A stretch of DNA of 64,000 nt, taken from Xylographa opegraphella (taxonomy: Eukaryota). Position numbers and translations under genes: made by a program. The stretch covers positions 62,001-126,000 of the forward strand of contig JALDZX010000040.1 in the NCBI GenBank assembly GCA_022813865.1. The letters run 5' to 3'. Every line of letters starts with the position of its first letter. Positions within the stretch are counted from its first letter, which is position 1. Under the pieces are notes generated by a model that worked only from the letters and a program-made list of their open reading frames with translations, made no database searches and was not told the origin of the DNA. Of the stretch, positions 1 through 12,078 are shown in pieces.

Positions 1-135
1 GTCGTTCGTCCTTTCACTTCTCACGCCTAGCCCTCCTGAGGTCGACTAGAATACAGTAGCCCTATCCGACCAAACCTCGAATAAGTACTTCCGGAGGCGA
101 CAATCAACTACTCCATCCTATTTTCACTTCGCACC

Positions 136-1267
136 ATGGACACCCTCCATCTGCTTCCACGTGCATCGCCAGGAGCAAACTACACGGCCATCACCGACTA
201 CCGCAATCACTGTACGCTGGAAACCTGTCCCCTCAGTCAGTCGTACTACGCCTACCGCCCGTCTCTGCCTGCCAACGCCCTCTTCCTCGCTCTCTTCTCG
301 TTCAGCCTTCTGTGCTTTCTCGTGCAGGCGCTGCTGTCCCGTCGCTTCATCGGATTCACCATCGCTCTCGTCTGCGGTTGCATCCTCGAAGTCGTCGGCT
401 ATGCGGGTCGGATCATCAGCTACATCAACCCATTCGATCAGGTATGCTTCCTCCCCATAGAAATCTATAATTTATCCGTTTTTTCTTTATCCTGTTTATC
501 TTTTTTATCTTTGGCCACGCTCCCTATGCATTGCGGCTGACCCATCGCAGAACGGGTTCTTGGTCCAAATATGCTGCCTAACCATTGCGCCCGCCTTCAT
601 GGCTGCCGGCCTCTATCTCTGCCTGTCCCGCATCGTCAACACCTTCGGCCGGGAGAATTCTCGTATCGCGCCTCTTTCCTACCCGCGCATCTTCATCCCG
701 TGTGATATCGTCTCTCTTCTCTTGCAAGCTATCGGAGGCGCCATGGCCTCGATCGCGAGCCACCAGAACAAAAGCGCCGACAATGGTGATCACATCATGG
801 TCGCCGGCCTGGCTTTTCAAGTCCTCACCCTGTTGATCTTCATGGTGTTGTGCGCCGACTTCGCGGTCAAGACGCTCCGGAGGATGAAGACCATGGGCGA
901 ACAGGCGCTGGACCCGACGTACGCCAAGCTGCGGCAAAGCTGGTCGTTCAAGACCTTTCTCGTTGCCCTCGCCCTCGCCACCGTGTGCATCTTCATCCGG
1001 TCCGTGTACCGGGTGGCGGAACTCAGCGCAGGCTGGGAGGGTGCCTTGATCAAGAACCAGAACCTGTTCATCGGGCTGGAAGGGGTCATGGTCGTCATTG
1101 CGGTCTTGGCACTGAACGCCTTCCACCCTGGCTTTTGCTTCCGAGAAGGGTACGACATGTCTCTCAAGAAGGTCAAGAGCAAGAAGAGCAAACGAGGCGA
1201 CGTCGAGAAGGAGTCGCCGAGCCGAGACGAAGCCGGCAGCGAAAATGCCATTGTCCCTGACGCGTAA
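136..1267 (+). CDS. RTA1-family (Rsb1/Rta1-like lipid-translocating exporter) multi-pass membrane protein, 2 exons
   Basis: Exon 1 136-441, intron 442-550 (GTATGC...GCTGAC...GCAG), exon 2 551-1267 joins in frame. Hydrophobic helices with family-type motifs LEVVGYAGR, IAPAFMAAGLY, CDIVSLLLQAIGG, AGLAFQV, IRSVYRVAEL, LEGVMV. Confidence 0.9.
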
Positions 1268-1884
1268 GCAGCAAGCAACGACTCACACAGTTCATCTCTT
1301 TTCATGATGGTTCTCCCATCCGCCAAATTGTGCTTTAGAGGGTCTGTCGGAGTTTGGAGCGATATAGATTGGTCGGCGATACCGCCACCGGGCGACGTTG
1401 CTCCCTAGATGTTTCTGTGCCACATGAACAGCCAGCGATACAGACGCGTCTTTTTTCTTCCGCAATGATAGCGAGCGATCTTGGGGTACTTATATATATA
1501 GATACAGTCCATATTCAAACCAGGCTCACTTGATGCCTCATATAAGATAATCCAACGCCATCCCTTCTCGTCTGCCGAGTCAGGCACTGCCATCCACGAT
1601 TGCGTCTACCGCTGGACTTTGTGCCCACGCTGACGTGCTGTGCTGTGCTGTGATCACCAGCGCTGGAACCGTACCTTACCCCTCTGCCTTCGCTGAACGC
1701 CTGTGTCTTCCAACCCGCGGTCGTGGTGCTTTGCATGAATCCCATACATTGTCCTTCCCTCCAATCCCACGCGCCCCCCCCCTCCCCCCGGGAGCTCCTG
1801 TCTCTCATTCCCCCCTTTCTCCGTCTGAAGCTTCGACCCTCCCCCTATCAGCTTCCGATACTTACCCACACGGGGAACAATAAC

Positions 1885-1925
1885 CACCCAGACCTAGACC
1901 CAGACCCGGACCCAGACCCGGCAGC
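1885..1925. repeat. Degenerate hexanucleotide microsatellite (GACCCA/GACCCG)n
   Basis: cagacctagacccagacccggacccagacccg read directly, between convergent gene 3' ends. Confidence 0.7.
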
Positions 1926-2067
1926 CCGGAAGGACCATGGCCTCGTCGACGGGTCGGCACGAGCGGACGGGTCTGGTAAGAAGGGCGGGCGGCGGTCGGG
2001 GGGTGGGTGTAGATAGTAAATGTGGCGAAGGGGGTAGGTGGATGATGACTATGGGGATACTGATACT

Positions 2068-2121
2068 GATGCCATGCTATGCCATGCTATGCTATGTAAT
2101 GCTATGTAATGCTCTGCTATG
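2068..2121. repeat. Degenerate pentanucleotide microsatellite (ATGCT/ATGCC/ATGTA)n
   Basis: atgccatgctatgccatgctatgctatgtaatgctatgtaatgct read directly. Confidence 0.75.
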
Positions 2122-2647
2122 AACGATGTTGAGAAGGAGTGTAGCCCCCCTACCTTTCTTGCCGGCTGGAAGGCTGGAAGGCGCGTGCAAGTGGCAGGGA
2201 GCAAGTCTCTAGGCGCGGCAAGCGGGGAGCGCGGAGAGGGGCACGGACGGAAGGAAGGGAAGATAGATGGCTGGGCGGGTGCAGGGTGGAAGGACATGGA
2301 CGGGGAGCGAGAACGGACAGGAGAAGCTACAGAATTCCCAAAGGGAGGGGGCCGGGGCCAACAGCCACGGGGAATTCACACATTCCAGCCCTGCACTATG
2401 CATTCCGTTGCGAATAAATCTTTGCATTCTGCTCTCCTCCTGCACGCCCACCAGACCCGCCAGACACCGTCTACTACTCCAGCATTGTCCCGCAAGCCCC
2501 CCAGCTGGGCGTGACAACGAACATCCCCCGTCCGACTTCGTCTCTCCTGCACCACATGTCCGTCGGCCACCACTGCAAGACATCATACCCCCCCGTTGCA
2601 GAACCTCCGATCCTACTTTCCCGACCTCCCTAGCCGGCAATTGGCGT

Positions 2648-5256
2648 TCAGATGTTGACTTTCGGAGGAAGCGGTGGCGGAGGCGGGTATTGCCCAGCCG
2701 CCGCTGGCGGAGGGTTGCGCTGATAGCCGCTGTACGTGCCGGGCCGCGCGGGATCCTCCTTCAAGGAACTATCGGACGCCAGACTTGGCAGTACCGGCCT
2801 CTGGGCTGGAGGCTGTAATGCTGACGGAAGCGCGTCCTGCCGTTCCCGAGGCTGGATGGTCTGCACGTCCGCTGCACCCCTGTAAGGGAGACTGTCCTCC
2901 CCTCGGTCCCTCTGCGGGTCCCGATCATGAGATGCTCGGTAGGCTTGACCGCTGCGCTCGTCGTACGCGCGGTTGTCGATCCGCAACGCCGGTTCCCTCT
3001 CGAACTTCCTCTCCGCGTCCTCGATCACCTTCAAGTGTTGACGTCGCTCTTCCTGGAACCTCGCATCTGTAGGAACAGTTAGCTCGCCGCAATCGCTTCG
3101 TCCTCGACAAGAATAGTCCTCTTGCCTCGAATCTCTTGCGTCCGCTCCGCATAAGCCTCAATCTCTTCCTTGGTCAATACGCGCAGCACGATCACGTAGT
3201 CTATTCGCTCCTCGTATCTCTCGTTCCCCTGATCCAGCGCCTCCGGATTGACGAGCTTGCGGTCGATCTTTGTCCAGCGCGCGTTGGGAGGGATGCCTTT
3301 CTTCCCGGCATCCTTGAGTGGCGCAACCCCTTCACGAACGGGCGCTGGGTCTTCCGGAAACTTTTCTCTCGGCGGTCGTAGAATTCCTTTAGGCTTTATC
3401 TCCGGCTTTTCATCCCTCGCAGGGCTGACGACACGGACCACACTCGGTCTGTGTTGATACGGATCCCGTCCATCATCGTCCCAGGAACTCTCCGAGTGTG
3501 ATGCCTCCTCGGATGTTCGATGATGGTGGCGGCGATGCTGCCTCCCAGGATTGTCGGATGGGGGAACATGCTGTGAAACACGGGCACCACGGTCGTATGA
3601 AGCCGACTCTCGTCTCTGGTCATCGTTCGGTGGAGCAAGCTCATCGAACCGCCCTTTACGCGTTTCCCCCCTTAATTCTTCGTCCTCGCGTAATTCCTTC
3701 TCCCTGCGTCGTCTCCGTCTCCTTTCACGACGCTCTTCGTCACTATTTTCCCCACTTCGACTACTGCTCTCTGATGGATCAGGAATCACCGCGAGACGAC
3801 CTGTTTCAGGATCATCCCGTCGATCCCGACCAGACTTGTCGCGCTCGTCACCGGCTGCCTCACGATCTCGATGATGTCTCTTCGCACCTTCGGCAACGAG
3901 TCCAGCAGCTGCAACACCAGCAGCTCCTAATGCAAGATCTTCCCCGGCTTTGCTCTCGCCGTGTCTGTCTTTACGAGACTCTTCCCGTGTCCGGCGATCA
4001 CGATCATCGACTTCGGTACGATCGGTACGATGGCCATTTCTATGCTGTCTATCTCTTTCACCGCCAGACTCAGGCTCCTTCTGGTTTCCTGATTCTCTAT
4101 GCTTCCGGTTTCGCTCATCTGAGTCACGACGCGCATCATTGTCTCGAGGTTCCCGAAAGCCGACACCCCGATCGTCTTTGCCACGATCCAAGCTTCCAGT
4201 ACGGTGAGAACTATGATGATGTCTCGCGCGTGGTTCTTTACGATCTTCCCGATACGACGAGTATCCGTCGTCTGGATCTTGGTGCAGCGCCACAGAGGCC
4301 CTGGTTGACTTGCGCCGATTCAGTCCATCGGGGTCATCTCTGGAAGTTGTAGATCCGTAATCTCGAGGTGCTGGCTCAGGCTCTCTTGCTATTCTGTACT
4401 CGTGCCTCAGACTGCCTGACCTGTCTAGTCTAGTGCTCTCTAGCTTGCTGAACCCCCGAGTGGAGACAGGTGGGCCACCGGTCCGCGAGACTTGCGACAA
4501 CCTAGGTGGGTAGTCCTCTAAACCGGTCATGCTCAGCGGTCTCTCCCTCCGGCCGCCATCACTTTCGCGCCGTGGTCGCAACCTCGGTGCCGTGTCCCGA
4601 TACATTTGTTCTTTTCGATCAGTGTACTCGTAACCGTAGTCCTGATCATCCTTGTCCTTTGGCTGCCTGACCAATGGTACATTGAGGTTATAACCCTGTC
4701 GACCACCACCAATGCCCGAACTTCTATATCCACCTCGCTCGAGTCTTTCTCTTCCCTCGCTGAGATACCTTGCGGCGTCTGAATTATCGGCGCTGTAAGT
4801 ACGATGATGATCGCGTCGTGATGACGACGACGATGCTGGCAGGATGTAATGCGGCTCAACCTCGCGGGTGCGGGACTTGTACGGACTTGCAGGTTTTTCT
4901 GGAGTCATAATGACTGGCCGGTATCGATTAGGATCGCCAGGGGCAACGACCGTCAGAGGTCTCCTCCCGGCTGGAGGCATGGGATCCTGTGCGGAGCGTC
5001 TCGGAGGGACAATATAGTCATCTTGCATCCTCCTCGAAGGAAGTATATCGTCTCGGTACGGTCTCGCTGTGGTTCTAGGCACCACGATCCGTTCAGCACT
5101 GGATCGAGGCCCCGGTATCGAATCCCTGCTGGTTCTGACTGGGGCATAATATGGATCGTATGCTGGCGGATAGATGAGGTCGCCGGTGGAAGATCTGCCT
5201 GGCTGTGCAAGGCGACGACCGCCTGGCGACGCCGGCCGAGCATAACGCGGATCCAT
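2648..5256 (-). CDS. Conserved fungal hypothetical protein, R/D/E-rich and low-complexity, with C-terminal DUF8035-like domain; 2 exons
   Basis: ATG 5256 (MDPRYARPASP). Long ORF to 3126, GC-AG intron 3125-3067, then in-frame final exon 3066-2648 (DARFQEERRQHLKVIED...PPKVNI*). Motif PPNARWTKIDRKLVNPEAL...ERYEER...VIVLRVLTKEEI recalled as DUF8035-like. Confidence 0.8.
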
Positions 5257-7373
5257 CGGTACGGGTTCTTCCCAAGTGTTCAAAAGCTCCCACGTTTACC
5301 GCTTGAATGAGCAGCGATGTGGTGTGATGTTGTAGGCAGCTTGAATGTCAACCGAGTCGCCGTTCCTCGGCAACGTCAGCAATGTCAAGCCGGCAAAGCT
5401 GAATGTAGGCTATGCCACAGCCTGCAACGGACCGTTCTATATAGTGGTGTGGTGTAAGGTAATGAAGTCGGAATCGGATTGCATTCAATAGGTAAAGGCT
5501 TTCCCGACAATGTGAGGTGAATCGACCGGATGTTGTGGCGGGGCCAATTTCTGCTTACAAGCACTGCACAATGTTCGAGAAAGAAAATTCAGCATACAGT
5601 TATAAGCTTCGGTTGAAGTGGCTATATTCCGGAGTCATGACACCAGCGCAGATAGCAAGCTGCGTCGAGACGTCGTAGCAATTCTACGGACTACCTTACT
5701 GGAGGATCGTCGGCGTGGGCTGATGGTCGGGTTTACGTGCATAACAGTGCGATGCGAAGGATAGATAGCACACGCAAGGGCTATTTGACCTCTTCAGGTA
5801 TTGGAGACGGTCCGCTTGGCCATCATACGAGTTCTCTGTGAATGGAATGGAAAGCACGATACCGAAATAGCTCTGACGCAGCAACAACACAATAATGCTG
5901 GATAGAGTCAGACCTATCATATTCTCCCTCATATTCTACCAGGTTTCAATTTCGTCGATGATGAAATGGCGGCTCTTGGCCGGCACAAGGCTGACGCTCC
6001 ACAACTTATGCTTAACTAGTGCGTAGCTGTAGTGTGCAATTTTGTGCACATCCACCATCACTCCGACGCCCGACTTGCTGGACCTCGATCTCTACCGCTG
6101 CTTCGTATTCCACATTACGCAGTGAAGATAAAACTAGAGCCTCCACGGTTCATGTCCGGTGACCATAAATACAGACGTTCTCCTCCATTTCATCATCTTC
6201 AGCGCCCAGCTTTTGCAACCACTCGTCGGCTAAGAGAACCACGCATCTCTTCTTCCCGCTGCTGATCAACCTTAGCACAAGGACTTGCAAGAACCGACAC
6301 GCCCGACCAGAGCGACAGGTGCACGAATCAGCCCAGACGTAGTAACGTACGGTGTCATCCACGCACAGCCAAGACGGTGTCAGCAACACACGGCCTAGGC
6401 AGTAGCCGTAGCAAGTCTTCGGCGAAAGTCCCACCTTCAGTATCAGCCTTCGCGTGAAGCTCTCGAGACCCAGCCTCGCAGACATGGCGTGCTTGGGACG
6501 GAGACTTTGGCCTCGGCTATAGGGCGCCGTGTTGTTCGCCGTGCAAACAGTCGGTTTATCATCGGCGGAAGGTATGACGCCCTTTCCATGACGGAGGCTG
6601 ATTTCCTTGAAGGCGAGGAGGAAAAGGATAGTAGGACGGAGAGAAGTGTGCCTACATGGTAGTCAAACGCCACATCACCACTCCCATACACCATCCCTCG
6701 CTCAAGTCCCTCAAATCAAACCACCCAACCGCCACAGCACCATGCCCAAGCCCCTTTCTAATCCCTCTTCGACCGCAGACCATCCCCTCGAACATCCAGC
6801 CCGATACCTCCCCATCTTCCCACCCGCCTCCCAGTAACAGCAGCACGTCACCCAAGTATATACCTCGTGAAAAGCTCGCAGTACAACTCACGACGACCCA
6901 GAAGTCTAGCGACTAGAGCATCTCCCGTTAGCGGGGAATGAACGACATGCATCCCCATGGCCAACCTGCGGTGTGGGATTTTGGCAACGGTCAGGCCATT
7001 ATAGTCATTCGAAACCAGTCCAGCCCACCTCGAAGATACCCCTAATAACAGCAACAGAAAAGCCAACGAGCCTCTCAGCACGAGAACGCGGCACCACGTG
7101 AGGCAGAAGATCCGGTTCTCATATAACACATTACCCTCAGACGATATGTACATACCGAACCCCCAGAAGATAGAATAGAACAAAAACAAATGCAAAAAGA
7201 GAAAAATTCAAAGAAAAATTCAATAAAACTAACCCCCCCCCCCCNTATATATCCCCCCTCTCCCCCGCCAAAAAAGAAACTAATTCAAACGCCTCAACCT
7301 CTCCCTCCGACCTCCCATCCCCCTCCTCCCGTCCCCCCTCCTCCCGTCCCCAAGACTCCCTCTCCCTCCCCGT

Positions 7374-7445
7374 CCCACCAAAACATCCCTCCCACCAAAC
7401 CATCCCTCCCACCAAACCATCCCTCCCACCAAACCATCCCTCCCC
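7374..7445. repeat. 17-bp minisatellite (CCATCCCTCCCACCAAA) x~4 inside a C/A-rich low-complexity tract (~7140-7900)
   Basis: cccaccaaaacatccctcccaccaaaccatccctcccaccaaaccatccctcccaccaaaccatccctcc. Neighbouring (CAG/CAA/TAG)n at ~7500-7537, poly-C runs and one N at 7246. Confidence 0.8.
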
Positions 7446-8672
7446 CTCCCCCTACCCCTACCCCCTTCCCCCATCTCCCCTCCCCCTCCCCCTCCCCCGT
7501 AGCAGCAGCAACAGCAGCAGCAGTAGCAGCAGCAACAATCGTAGACCGAGCAACAACCACCAAACTAGCGCGCCGCCGCACCAGCACCACCACCAGCAGC
7601 GAGTGGCGCGCCTACGACCCCACGCCCGGGCCTACCTCCCCACAAGCCACAATCCTACCGACCTCCCTGCCTACCCAACCCCCTACAAAACAACCCACCT
7701 CCCTACTTCCCTGCCCTGCCCGCCGAACAGAGGAGAACAGAAACAGAAACAGAACATGCACGCCCGGACGCCCACGATGCAGGAGGGGGGGGGGACAAGC
7801 GAGCGAGGCAGTCTTCAGGACAGGGAGAGAAGAGTAGTTGGGAACCCTACCCTACCTACCCTACCCCCCCCCCCCCCGGCGCCCTCCCGGCGCCCCAAAA
7901 AAGCATACCGGCTATCCATCCATCTATCTGTCCCCGAAAGAGGAAAGGGGGGGGGGGGGCGGGCGGGAAAGGGCCGATAGAGCGCACGGCACGCCCGACG
8001 ACGCAAGGAACAGGGAAGGCACATGGCGCTCGAGAGCGGGCAGGACACACGCGCTCGAGAAAGGCACACGGAGCACGGATGTAGATGGAAAGGCAAGGGG
8101 GCAAGGCAGGGTAGGGGAAAAGCGAAGGGATGTACAAGCTCTTGTTATTCGCTATCTAAAGAAAAGCCCCGCTCCCCCCCCCGAGTCGTTGGAGACCGTT
8201 TCCGCCACCCAGGGTCGTATGCATCTTTCTCCTCCTCCCGTAATCTGTACAACCGGCGCCACGCGCGTGGCTTGATAGAAAGAGCCCAAAAAACCGTCCC
8301 GCCACCTACACCCCCCCCCCCTTTTGCCTGGTGGAGAGACGTGAGCCGGAAATTTAAAAAAACAAGAGAGCCGAAGCGAGAGGACGCCGTTCCGCATAAG
8401 CCGTGTGAACGTGAAGGTGAGGAACCGGAGAGAGGTGATATGAACAGGAAAATGGAGTAGACGAGCGAGAAAGCCGCTGGGAAACTTTTATTGATGCCGA
8501 GTTGAGACGACCACGAAATGTTGAGGTTGATGGGAAGAGCCTAGCGGTTGCGAACGTAGAGTTTTCGTGGCGGCCAGCGTAGTATGTGCCAAGAGCCGCA
8601 CGGCTGTCGAGTCTCCAGTCGCGTGCATAAGGCGGATGGGGACTAACCGCAGTCTTAATGCATCTGTGCTTT

Positions 8673-11600
8673 TCACGGCGGAGAAGCTGCCCGCTTTGAC
8701 CGTCTGGTCCTCTCGGCCCACTTTCTCTTGCCGACTCGGGTCTCGAAATGCGGAGCGATGGTGGACACTTCCTGGCCGGACGTCCCAGCCGCCGCGGCAA
8801 GCATGGTGCTCCGCATTTTGTTACGATACGCATCGACTTCAATACTGTCAGCTTTAACGCGACTTTCCAGGTCAGGAACGGATCATCTCACGGGACTTCT
8901 GGAGAAACATGATGCGTCCGGCAAAGACCCTGCTCTGGCTCCAGCTCATTCGGTAACCCAAATCGTTCAACGTCACCTCCTTCCTTTTCTTCGCTCGTGT
9001 CAACTTGGGCACCGAGACTTCGCCCTCGGCGCCGTCGATCATCGGTACCGGCACAAGAGTCTTGCCACGGGTCGCTCTTCCATCCTCCAGCTCTCCACCG
9101 TCTGGGTCGTCGTCCTCGAAGAAGCGGTTCCCTCGGGCCGATGAAGGCGGCGATTGCATCTGCATCGGGAAGTAAGACCGAGGGAACACCGAATTGGCTT
9201 TGCGGTACGAGTCTGGCATTTCCTTCAGTTCGGCTTGATCGAGCGTGACCCGAACCCGCACACGGGTGTTGCGTGCTGTATCATCGACGAGGATGAATTT
9301 CCGCCGCTTGCTTTCGGGCAGGTCACCGTACAGAGCGGACGTCTTTTCGTCGTCCTCGCTCTTGGCTACCGACGCGGCCACGGTGGTATGATTTGAAGGA
9401 CCATGTGCACCGATCCCATCCATCCCGTCGTGAAGAGGTGGTGGCATCGAAACACCGTTCATCGCTTGGCCGGGATAGTTCGGATATCCGTGGAAGACTT
9501 GGGAAGGACGGATATCGCTCGGATGTGTGCCTGAAGAAAGAATTAGGAGTCTGCAGAGAACCAATTCTTGCATCACTGGTGTTTGAAATTATCCCAAATG
9601 CATCAACCGCGAGCCTACTTCAAACGAATGGGGATAGCTCAAACTCGACCCCGGTGAGGCATCATACATTAGATCCATAAGTACAGGTAAAGGAAAGCCG
9701 ACCACGGGTGATTTGTGTATATAATCCCCCTCATCCAGACCCGCTCGTAAACACACTTTTCGCAAAGAATTTCACGGGTGTACTGCTCACTACATATGGT
9801 TAAACATACCGCTAACATCCTCGGGGCCTCCGGCCGTGCTTCCATCGGGATGAGCGTGGTGGTGATGAAGTTGGCTGCCTCCCATGCCCATGTTTGGTGG
9901 TTGCGGTCGCTGTACCGGTGCGGCCATCGGGTTCGCGCCCGGGATCCCTGGTGGACCTCCCGGGACCGACATGTGATGTGAGGGTGGAGCGGCAGTCTTG
10001 CGCGTGTTCATTTTGGCCATTCTCCTCACGCGCCTGCTTCGTAGTTTCGGATCTTGGTTGCTGTTCCTCCACGAGTCCACCGCTCTCTGGATCAGACCTC
10101 GTTTCCCCCGGAGACACGGGTTGAGCTCGGCAAGCGCCCAGCCCACGGTGTTGCATTCGGTTTCGTATATCAACCGATTTCCGCGGTATTGATCTTTGTT
10201 GCAACACGCTCGAGGGTAGACACAATTATCCGTTTTGAACTCGGTCGACAAGTTCTCGACGTTGACGGATTCTACGTCACACCGGATCGTGTATTCCATC
10301 TTGACGCGATCGCGAGAGTACTCAAAGGCGATCCACTGGACCCCGTTGTTGTCCTGGCGGACCACCAGAGGAGTCGTTGCCGGAATCGGACCGGGAGCCG
10401 CGTTCGGGTTCACACCACCGGCACCGGCACCACCTTGGTGCAGGCCGCTTCCATTGCTCGGAGGGCCTGTGGGACCACCCCCGGGGTTAATGGGCCCGGA
10501 TGGCGGTCGCTGCAAAGTCGATGCATCCAGTGGTCGCTGAATCGTGGATGGTTCCAGTTTGGGCCTCGGTGAGCTCGTCATGCTGGTGGCTTGGGCTGGA
10601 GGCGGTTGATGCTGCATCTGCTGCTGGCCTTGCTGATGTGACATCAGGAGCGGCTGGGATGACATCCCGGGATGTTGCTGTTGTGGGCCGGGATGCTGTC
10701 CATAGGGCGATGGGTGCTGCACCTGAGTCATGGGTGGATACTGTGAATAGGTGTACATGCCTTGAGTCATCTGTGGTGCTGGCTGACCATACATCGAGCG
10801 TCCATGTTGATCATGGCTTTGCGGTGAAGCGACGGATGCGGGGGAATTCGACTGAGGCGTATGGTATATTGGGGGATATGGTCGCGGCATGTGTGCAGCT
10901 GCCATGAGATCGGAACCTTCTACGGCGACGCGTCAATAATGAATGCCCAACGTGCCCGTAAGCTCTTCGAACGGTTGACCGCCTCGAGGGGGCACTGGAG
11001 CAACTCACCTGACGGAGGATATTGCCCTGATCCCGGGGTATTGTAAGGACCCGGGTGGCCAGCGTAATAGTTGACGTCCGGGTGCGGTTGACCGTTTGGT
11101 CCCGGACCTTGCGGTGGGTACGGCGATTGATGCTGAAGAGGGAGACCGTGTGTTGATAAATGAGGCGATGCGTACGCTCCCGGGTGTTGCGGCTGTTGAT
11201 GTTGTTGATGCTGTTGATGTTGTTGTGGCGACCCCGGCAGGTGCTGCTGGTGGACGATGCTCGTGGGACGAGGATGCTGAAGATGAGAAGGCGGCGGACC
11301 TTGCGGCTGTTGATGATGCGGGTGATGCTGTTGAACACGGCAGCGGGTCAGTCACCGTCAATGGCTCAATTGAGATGATTATCCCAACACGAAGTGGAAG
11401 ATGAGAAGCGCGATGGTGCCTGGATCAGGATTGACCGATTCGGATGCAGTGAGAACTAAAAACCCATGTGCGCAGACGGTCGATAGACGCGAAGGAGCGG
11501 ACCAGGTTATGACTGCGGCCGAGCACAACAAGGGAGAGAAGGACGAAAGACGACGGGATCTAGAAGAGCGGATGATACAATGAGGGTGGTGTTGTGATAC

Positions 11601-12078
11601 CAAGCTAACGGAGGGAAGGCTACCGGGAGGTGGTTGTGCCCGGGGGGGGGTGGTGTGGTTGTGGGAGGGGGGAGGGTCCAAGCCCTGAAGCATGTATGCC
11701 CCGAAGGACTCGACAGCCCCAAATCGACGGTCAACGGGTGGAACAGGGGTATGCCACCCACAAACGAAAAAGCCAGGACGATGCGCAGGGGGAGGTGTGT
11801 GGAAGCACAAAGCGCGATGAAAAAGAAAACACCCCCCCCCCCCGGCAAAATCACCAAACGCAACGCGACAACAGCCAAGGACTGGTCAACGACAGGATGT
11901 GCAACGGGAGGGACATGGGGGATGAAGTGCAGTGGTGACGCTCAGGCGAACAGCGTGGTGCCGCCACTGCACGATGTTTTGCTCACGAAAAGACGTGGGA
12001 CTGGGGGCCCCTCGTCGCTAGGACCAGGGCGACAGAGATGGTGCTGCAGTGGTCTCGGTAAAGAAAAGAGCATACCAT
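8673..12078 (-). CDS. Q/H/P-rich protein with two related DUF8032-like domains (putative nuclear regulator); about 5 coding exons
   Basis: Model: ATG 12078-12076 | intron 12075-11328 | 11327-11009 | intron 11008-10920 | 10919-9810 | intron 9809-9531 | 9530-~8892 | short intron (GTGAGA...GCTGAC...GAAG) | last exon (LDAYRNKMRS...RAASPP*) to TGA 8675-8673. All junctions keep frame. Motif VQWIAFEYSRDRVKMEYTIRCDVE...RAVDSWRN. The first exon is less certain than the rest. Confidence 0.82.

Noticed and set aside
3498..4352. 284-aa plus-strand ORF and other antisense ORFs over real genes
   Set aside because: Antisense shadows of the coding strand.
7190..7837. 215-aa Pro/Thr-rich ORF and overlapping Gly-rich antisense ORFs
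   Set aside because: Products of low-complexity C/A-rich sequence containing an N; no gene-like features.
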